Shown piece after piece: positions 56,501-64,000 of a DNA stretch of 64,000 nucleotides. The stretch is from Mayamaea pseudoterrestris. Taxonomy: Eukaryota. Position numbers and translations under genes: made by a program. Position 1 is the first letter of the stretch, and each line of letters begins with the position of its first letter. The notes beneath the pieces are model-generated. The model was not told the origin of the DNA, ran no database searches, and worked only from the letters and a program-made list of their open reading frames with translations. The stretch lies in contig BROI01000012.1 in NCBI GenBank assembly GCA_027923505.1, positions 682,001-746,000 on the forward strand, read 5' to 3'.

Positions 56501-59500
56501 CCAAATACATTGCCATCCCCTGAGACACCAGCCAAGCCAACCATCTTGTAGCGCAGACGGAATAATGATGTTGGCACCATTCTGGTGTAAATTGGGCACC
56601 TACAGGGCTTGCTGTAGGTGCATTTGAAAGTCACGGCATCTATGGGCTGAGACTGGTGACAAGTTGTCACCAAATGCATTGCCATCCCCTGAGACACCAG
56701 CCAAGCCTACCATCTTGTAGCGCAGCCTGAATAATGATGGTGACACCATTCTGGTGTAAATTGGGCACGTACAGGGCTTGCTGTAGGGGGGTTTGAATGT
56801 CATGGCATCTGTGGGCTGAGACTGGTGACAAGTTGTCACCAAATACATTGCCATCCCCTGAGACACCAGCCAAGCCAACCATCTTGTAGCGCAGCCTGAA
56901 TAATGATGTTGGCACCATTCTGGTGTAAATTGGGCACCTACAGGGCTTGCTGTAGGTGCATTTGAAAGTCACGGCATCTATGGGCTGAGACTGGTGACAA
57001 GTTGTCACCAAATACATTGCCATCCCCTGAGACACCAGCCAAGCCTACCATCTTGTAGCGCAGCCTGAATAATGATGTTGGCACCATTCTGGTGTATTTT
57101 GGGCACGTACAGGGCTTGCTGTAGGGGCGTTTGAATGTCACGGCATCTGTGGGCTGACATTGGTGACAAGTTATCACCAAATATATTGCCATCCCCTGAG
57201 ACACCAGCCAAAACTACCATCTTGTAGCGCAGCCTGAATAGTGATGTTGGCACCATTCTGGTGTATTTTGGGCACCTACAGGGCTTGCTGTAGGGGCGTT
57301 TGAATGTCACAGCATCTGTGGGCTGAGATTGCTGACAAGTTGTCACCAAATATATTGCCATCCCCTGAGACACCAGCCAAGCCCACCATCTTGTAGCTCA
57401 GTCTGAATAATGATGGTGACACCATTCTGGTGTAAATTGGGCACGTACAGGGCTTGCTGTAGGGGCGTTTGAATGTCACGGCATCTGTGGGCTGAGATTG
57501 GTGACAAGTTGTCACCAAATATATTGCCATCCCCTGAGACACCAGCCAAGCCAACCATCTTGTAGCGCAGCCTGAATAATGATGTTGGCACCATTCTGGT
57601 GTATTTTGGGCACCTACAGGGCTTGCTGTAGGTGCATTTGAAAGTCACGGCATCTATGGGCTGAGACTGGTGACAAGTTGTCACCAAATACATTGCCATC
57701 CCCTGAGACACCAGCCAAGCCTACCATCTTGTAGCGCAGCCTGAATAATGATGTTGGCACCATTCTGGTGTATTTTGGGCACCTACAGGGCCTGCTGTAG
57801 GGGCGTTTGAATGTCACAACATCTGTGGGCTGAGACTGCTGACAAGTTGTCACCAAATACATTGCCATCCCCTGAGACACCAGCCAAGCCTACCATCTTG
57901 TAGCGCAGCCTCAATAATGATGTTGGCACCATTCTGGTGTATTTTGGGCACCTACAGGGCTTGCTGTAGGTATGTTTGAATGTCTCGGCATCTGTGGGCT
58001 AAGATTGGTGACAAGTTGTCACCAAACACATTGCCATCCCCTGAGACACCAGCCAAGCCTACCATCTTGTAGCGCAGCCTGAATAATGATGTTGGCACCA
58101 TTCTGGTGTAAATTGGGCACCTACAGGGCTTGCTGTAGGGGCGTTTGAAAGTCACGGCATCTGTGGGCTGAGACTGGTGACAAGTTGTCACCAAATACAT
58201 TGCCATCCCCTGAGACACCAGCCAAGCCTACCATCTTGTAGCGCAGCCTGAATAATGATGTTGGCACCATTCTGGTGTATTTTGGGCACCTACAGGGCTT
58301 GCTGTAGGTATGTTTGAATGTCTCGGCATCTGCGGGCTGAGACTGGTGACAAGTTGTCACCAAATACATTGCCATCCCCTGAGACACCTGCCTAGCCTAT
58401 CATCTTGTAGCGCAGCCTGAATAATGATGTTGGCACCATTCTGGTGTATTTTGGGCACATACAGGGATTGCTGTAGGGGCGTTTGAATGTCTTGGCATCT
58501 ATGGGCTGAGACTGGTGACAAGTTGTCACCAAATACATTGCCATCCCCTGAGACACCAGCCAAGCCTACCATCTTGTAGCGCAGCCTGAATAATGATGGT
58601 GGCACCATTCTGGTGTAAATTGGGCACGTACAGGGCTTGCTGTAGGGGCGTTTGAAAGTCACGGCATCTGCAGGCTGAGATTGGTGACAAGTTGTCACCA
58701 AATATATTGCCATCCCCTGAGACACCAGCCAAGCCTACCATCTTGTAGCGCAACCTGAATAATGATGTTGGCACAAATCTGGTGTATTTGGGCACCTACA
58801 GGGCTTGCTGTAGGTGCATTTGAATATCACGGCATCTATGGGCTGAGATTGGTGACAAGTTGTCACCAAATACATTGCCATCCCCTGAGACACCAGCCAA
58901 GCCTACCATCTTGTAGCGCAGTCTGAATAATGATGGTGACACCATTCTGGTGTATTTTGGGCACATACAGGGCTTGCTGTAGGGGCGTTTGAATGTCACG
59001 GCATCTGTGGGCTGAGATTGGTGACGAGTTGTCACCAAATATATTGCCATCCCCTGAGACACCAGCCAAGCCAACCATCTTGTAGCGCAGCCTGAATAAT
59101 GATGTTGGCACCATTCTGGTGTATTTTGGGCACGTACAGGGCTTGCTGTAGGTGCATTTGAATGTCTCGGCATCTGTGGGTGCTAAGATTGGTGACAAGT
59201 TGTCACCAAATACATTGCCATCCCCTGAGACACCAGCCAAGCCTACCATCTTGTAGCGCAGCCTGAATAATGATGTTGGCACCATTCTGGTGTAAATTGG
59301 GCACCTACAGGGCTTGCTGTAGGGGCGTTTGAATGTCACGGCATCTGTGGGCTGAGATTGGTGACAAGTTGTCACCAAATATATTGCCATCCCCTGAGAC
59401 ACCAGCCAAGCCTACCATCTTGTAGCGCAGCCTGAATAATGATGTTGGCACCATTCTGGTGTAAATTGGGCACGTACAGGGCTTGCTGTAGGGGCGTTTG

Positions 59501-61408
59501 AATGTCACGGCATCTGCGGGCTGAGACTGGTGACAAGTTGTCACCAAATACATTGCCATCCCCTGAGACACCAGCCAAGCCAACCATCTTGTAGCGCAGC
59601 CTGAATAATGATGTTGGCACCATTCTGGTGTATTTTGGGCACGTACAGGGCTTGCTGTAGGTGCATTTGAATGTCTCGGCATCTGTGGGCTAAGATTGGT
59701 GACAAGTTGTCACCAAACACATTGCCATCCCCTGAGACACCAGCCAAGCCTACCATCTTGTAGCGCAGCCTGAATAATGATGTTGGCACCATTCTGGTGT
59801 AAATTGGGCACCTACAGGGCTTGCTGTAGGGGCGTTTGAATGTCACGGCATCTGCGGGCTGAGACTGGTGACAAGTTGTCACCAAATACATTGCCATCCC
59901 CTGAGACACCAGCCAAGCCTATCATCTTGTAGCGCAGCCTGAATAATGATGTTGGCACCATTCTGGTGTATTTTGGGCACCTACAGGGCTTGCTGCAGGG
60001 GCGTTTGAATGTCACGGCATCTGCGGGCTGAGACTGGTGACAAGTTGTCACCAAATATATTGCCATCCCCTGAGACACCAGCCAAGCCTACCATCTTGTA
60101 GCGCAGCCTGAATAATGATGTTGGCACCATTCTGGTGTATTTTGGGCACATACAGGGATTGCTGTAGGGGCGTTTGAATGTCTTGGCATCTATGGGCTGA
60201 GACTGGTGACAAGTTGTCACCAAATACATTGCCATCCCCTGAGACACCAGCCAAGCCTACCATCTTGTAGCGCAGCCTGAATAATGATGGTGGCACCATT
60301 CTGGTGTAAATTGGGCACGTACAGGGCTTGCTGTAGGGGTGTTTGAAAGTCACGGCATCTGCAGGCTGAGATTGGTGACAAGTTGTCACCAAATATATTG
60401 CCATCCCCTGAGACACCAGCCAAGCCTACCATCTTGTAGCGCAACCTGAATAATGATGTTGGCACAAATCTGGTGTATTTGGGCACCTACAGGGCTTGCT
60501 GTAGGTGCATTTGAATATCACGGCATCTATGGGCTGAGATTGGTGACAAGTTGTCACCAAATACATTGCCATCCCCTGAGACACCAGCCAAGCCTACCAT
60601 CTTGTAGCGCAGTCTGAATAATGATGGTGACACCATTCTGGTGTATTTTGGGCACCTACAGGGCTTGCTGTAGGTGCATTTGAAAGTCACGGCATCTATG
60701 GGCTGAGACTGGTGACAAGTTGTCACCAAATACATTGCCATCCCCTGAGACACCAGCCAAGCCTACCATCTTGTAGCGCAGCCTGAATAATGATGTTGGC
60801 ACCATTCTGGTGTATTTTGGGCACCTACAGGGCCTGCTGTAGGGGGGTTTGAATGTCACGGCATCTGCGGGCTGAGACTGGTGACAAGTTGTCACCAAAT
60901 ACATTGCCATCCCCTGAGACACCAACCAAGCCTACCAACTTGTAGCGCAGCTAGACAAATAATGATGTTGGCACCATTCTGGTGTATTTTGGGCACATAC
61001 AGGGCTTGCTGTAGGGGCGTTTGAATGTCACGGCATCTGTGGGCTGAGATTGGTGACGAGTTGTCACCAAATATATTGCCATCCCCTGAGACACCAGCCA
61101 AGCCAACCATCTTGAAGCGCAGCCTGAATAATGATGTTGGCACCATTCTGGTGTAAATTGGGCACGTACAGGGCTTGCTGTAGGTGCATTTGAATATCAC
61201 GGCATCTATGGGCTGAGATTGGTGACAAGTTGTCACCAAATACATTGCCATCCCCTGAGACACCAGCCAAGCCTACCATCTTGTAGCGCAGTCTGAATAA
61301 TGATGGTGGCACCATTCTGGTGTAAATTGGGCACGTACAGGGCCTGCTGTAGGGGGGTTTGAATGTCACGGCATCTGCGGGCCAAGACTGGTGAGAACGT
61401 CTCACCAG
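50596..61408. repeat. Tandem satellite, 169-bp monomer (family A), about 64 copies, about 51% GC
   Basis: Consensus CTACAGGGCTTGCTGTAGGGGCGTTTGAATGTCACGGCATCTGTGGGCTGAGACTGGTGACAAGTTGTCACCAAATACATTGCCATCCCCTGAGACACCAGCCAAGCCTACCATCTTGTAGCGCAGCCTGAATAATGATGTTGGCACCATTCTGGTGTATTTTGGGCAC. The ORF track repeats with period 169. Confidence 0.99.
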
Positions 61409-61409
61409 A

Positions 61410-61975
61410 GCTACAAATGAGCACTGAATGTAAAAAGCTATGCACCAATCTCACTACATACGTGTCTCCAAGCATAGCCAGCACAAAATACATGGTAAGA
61501 CTATTGGCGGTAGTTTTTGTAGGCCACACACTGTAGCACCATGGAGCTGGTTACTATAAGGATATTGCTCTCCCAAACAATTGATGCTACACATGAGCTG
61601 TGAATGATTGTTATGCACCAGTCTCACCACATAGATGTCCCCAAGCATAGCCAAACAGAATTCATGAAGCATGACAATTGGTGGTACTCTTTGTAGGCCA
61701 CACACTGTAGCACCATGGAGCTGGTTACTGTGTGGATGTTGCTCGCCCAAACAATTGATGCTACACATGAGCTGTGAATGATTGTTATGTACCAATCTCA
61801 CCACATACATGTCCCCAAGCATAGCCAAAACCAAAATCATGGAGCAAGACTTTGGGGTAGTCTATGAAGGCCACACACTGTAGCAACATGGAGCTGGTTG
61901 TGGTAGTATATATTCGAACATGCTTCACCACATTAATTGAAATACTGGCACTGTTCGTAGATGAGGTCATGGTTT
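61410..61975. repeat. Right flank: about 3 units of 174-bp repeat family B plus segment X
   Basis: AAACAATTGATGCTACACATGAGC at 61575 and 61749 (period 174); GGCCACACACTGTAGCA three times. Confidence 0.9.
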
Positions 61976-62389
61976 TGGCGCATGCAATGACCCCTAACGA
62001 TGATCATGTTAGCTATCCCAAACACATTGCTTTACTCTAGGAGTATGCTTTCAGAGAGCCATCAAATACCACTCATTTACTGCAATCTCTAGCCTCTCCT
62101 TCTGTTCCACATAGACTAAAATTGTAGGCAACAACCCATGAAAGCATTCTGACTGTGTCTACAGTTTGACAGTCTCTGTGCGCGCGGAGCGGCAAAGTCT
62201 TTGCAGGCTTAGTGAAACCGTTATTCCTCCTGCCCCGCGAATGTCATCACAGTGACGGTACGACAAGAGGTTGGTTTTTTGATTGCTTTTTTGTCGCGAC
62301 CAACATTTACATTACGAGAACCAACCAACGACGAGACGACAAAGAGGACGCTTACTAAATATCTCTGCCTGCATACAAGTGCATGCTAT

Positions 62390-64000
62390 ATGGATAATAA
62401 TCAGAATCGCAATGAAACTGGGCGCTTGCGTGCCTTATCAGTCAGCCATGAGCACACGCCCCTCTTGCTTCCGACGCACCATCATCATCATCATGACGAC
62501 GATCCGGACAGCAAACGATCGCAGCTTCCGACGGGAAATATGAATACAAGGCAGGAGACGACGCAAAAGTCTGTTAATCTCCTATACGCAGCTGTTTATG
62601 CCGTCGTCAATGTAATTATTTCGGCTCCTGGTAAGCCTTCTTTGCGCACTTATTGAAATGAGTGTGACGCTGTTCCCATTCTTTTGACGCATTTTACATT
62701 TCCAACAGGACTCTACGGATACGCAGCAGTCATTTTTAACCATCCAATATTCCGCGATCACATGAATGCACTTTCCAAACTTGTCATTTTCAGCAGCATG
62801 ATCCATCAGCTATCCTTCACGCTCTTTTCCACCATGCCGTTCGCCATTGGAACTGTACAGGATGCTGGTCTCATTTTTCTGAGTAGCATGGCAAACACAA
62901 TTGCCGATGAAATGTTGAGCGACGGCGCGTCAGAGGCGGCCATTTTGTCGACAACCTTGGTGCTACTGCCGCTGGGAACGGCGCTTCTTGGCGTCATTTT
63001 GATTGCCTTGGGCAAATTCAAGCTTGCGAATGCAGTCAGCTATTTGCCCATGCCAGTGGTTGGAGGTTCGTATCAGTCGTGATGAATTAAAATATACTTG
63101 GGGGAGATGTATAGTTCTTTTGAGGGCAGATCTGTTTTAATAACATGCAATTCTCTCGACGCCCGTACTCACTCGTCACACGCTGTTACAGGGTATTTGG
63201 CATTCATTGGCTACTTTTGCGTACAAGCGGGCGTTGCCTTGTGTATATCTCATCCTTTGGTGGCATTTAGCGATTGGACACTGGTGTTTACTCGTCATAA
63301 CCTTTTGCTGGCCGTACCAGGATTACTTGCGGGGCTTGTATTGACAAATGCAGCGCGAAGAGCGACCAACGAAGCCATTCTGCCGCTATCCATGGTCGTT
63401 ATACCTGCTTTCTTCTACTTGGTAATCTACATGACGGGGGTTGGACTTGATGGCGCCAGACAAAATGGATGGGTTGGCGAAGTGTCGCCGCCGGTGCCCG
63501 TCACGGACTTGTTTCAGCTAGTTGACTTTACGTTGGTACGATGGGATTTGGTGCAGTCGATTGGCTGGACGTGGGTGGGCATGGTGTTTGTCGTCTCATT
63601 TGCGTCGTGTCTTGATGTTGCTGCCATTAGCATGGACAAGGGAGAGGCACTTGATACAAACCGCGAGCTCGCAACTGTTGGAATTGGAAATTGTAAGTGC
63701 TTTCATGCAGTTGAGTACGTCCTGACAGAGACGACAAGCTCACTCGTGGTGTTATCCTTTCGTCTTCGCGATAGTGATGTCTGGTTTAACGTTTGGCTTC
63801 ACAGGGAGCTATATTTTCTCACAGACAATTTTCACATACCGAACGGGCGTTCATACAAGAATTATAGGTTGCATGATTATGGTCATGTTTCTGTACATTG
63901 TTATCTCGCCAATCAACATACTTGAGATTGCACCGCTGTTTTTTCTGGGAAGTACGCTGATATTCATTGGATACGACCTTTTATACGAGTGGTTCATCCA
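62390..64000 (+). CDS. SulP/SLC26-family anion transporter, 3'-truncated. Exons 62390-62630, 62709-63065, 63192-63692, 63775->64000
   Basis: FAIGTVQDAG, SYLPMPVVG|GYLAFIG, LDTNRELATVGIGN|LMSGLTFGFTGSYIFSQT. Three GT-AG introns keep the frame. Confidence 0.9.

Noticed and set aside
50548..61405. Dozens of similar 70-180 aa minus-strand ORFs (MSQGMAMYLVTTCHQ...)
   Set aside because: By-products of a 169-bp period that is not a multiple of 3. Most lack a true ATG, stops recur in every monomer, and I see no consistent splice pattern or recognisable domain.
50596..61408. CRISPR-array interpretation of the satellite
   Set aside because: No unique spacers (whole monomers repeat), no cas genes, eukaryotic context.
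61454..61840. 128-aa ORF with a 58-aa repeat
   Set aside because: Translation of the 174-bp repeat B. The frame is not maintained in the other copies and no domain is recognisable.
49920..62200. Autonomous transposon, rRNA, tRNA or snRNA array
   Set aside because: No transposase, RT or Rep/helicase ORF, no TIR/TSD found, and no recognisable 5S, tRNA or U-snRNA sequence by eye.

Overview
Gene-dense eukaryotic nuclear DNA, most likely a diatom or other photosynthetic stramenopile. This is inferred from short GT-AG introns (about 70-125 nt), bipartite signal peptide + 'F/W' plastid presequences, and HSF and HA-domain genes. Bases 1-49.9 kb hold 30 protein genes: MnmG/MTO1 (partial), a three-exon PPK2-family polyphosphate kinase with a C-terminal membrane segment, Get1/WRB, VOC, MOSC/mARC, METE, YaaA, GNAT, PrimPol, PUS7, Tim44-like, HA-repeat, aldo-keto reductase, amino-acid transporter, DnaJ, HSF, TenA, thioredoxin, UPRT, URI1-like, a Cys-rich GPI-type surface protein, a CS-domain protein, PhoD and several unknowns. 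Bases about 50.3-62.0 kb are a CpG-poor repeat island: about 64 copies of a 169-bp hairpin-rich satellite with block duplications, nested inside a related 174-bp repeat family. A SulP/SLC26-type transporter runs off the right end. The most notable items are the satellite island (nesting, block duplications, CpG-decay signature, a compensatory hairpin variant), the membrane-anchored PPK2, clustered ACGT palindromes upstream of METE, and a small direct-repeat/palindrome array at 34.3-34.5 kb. All family calls come from motif recognition by eye; no database search was run.
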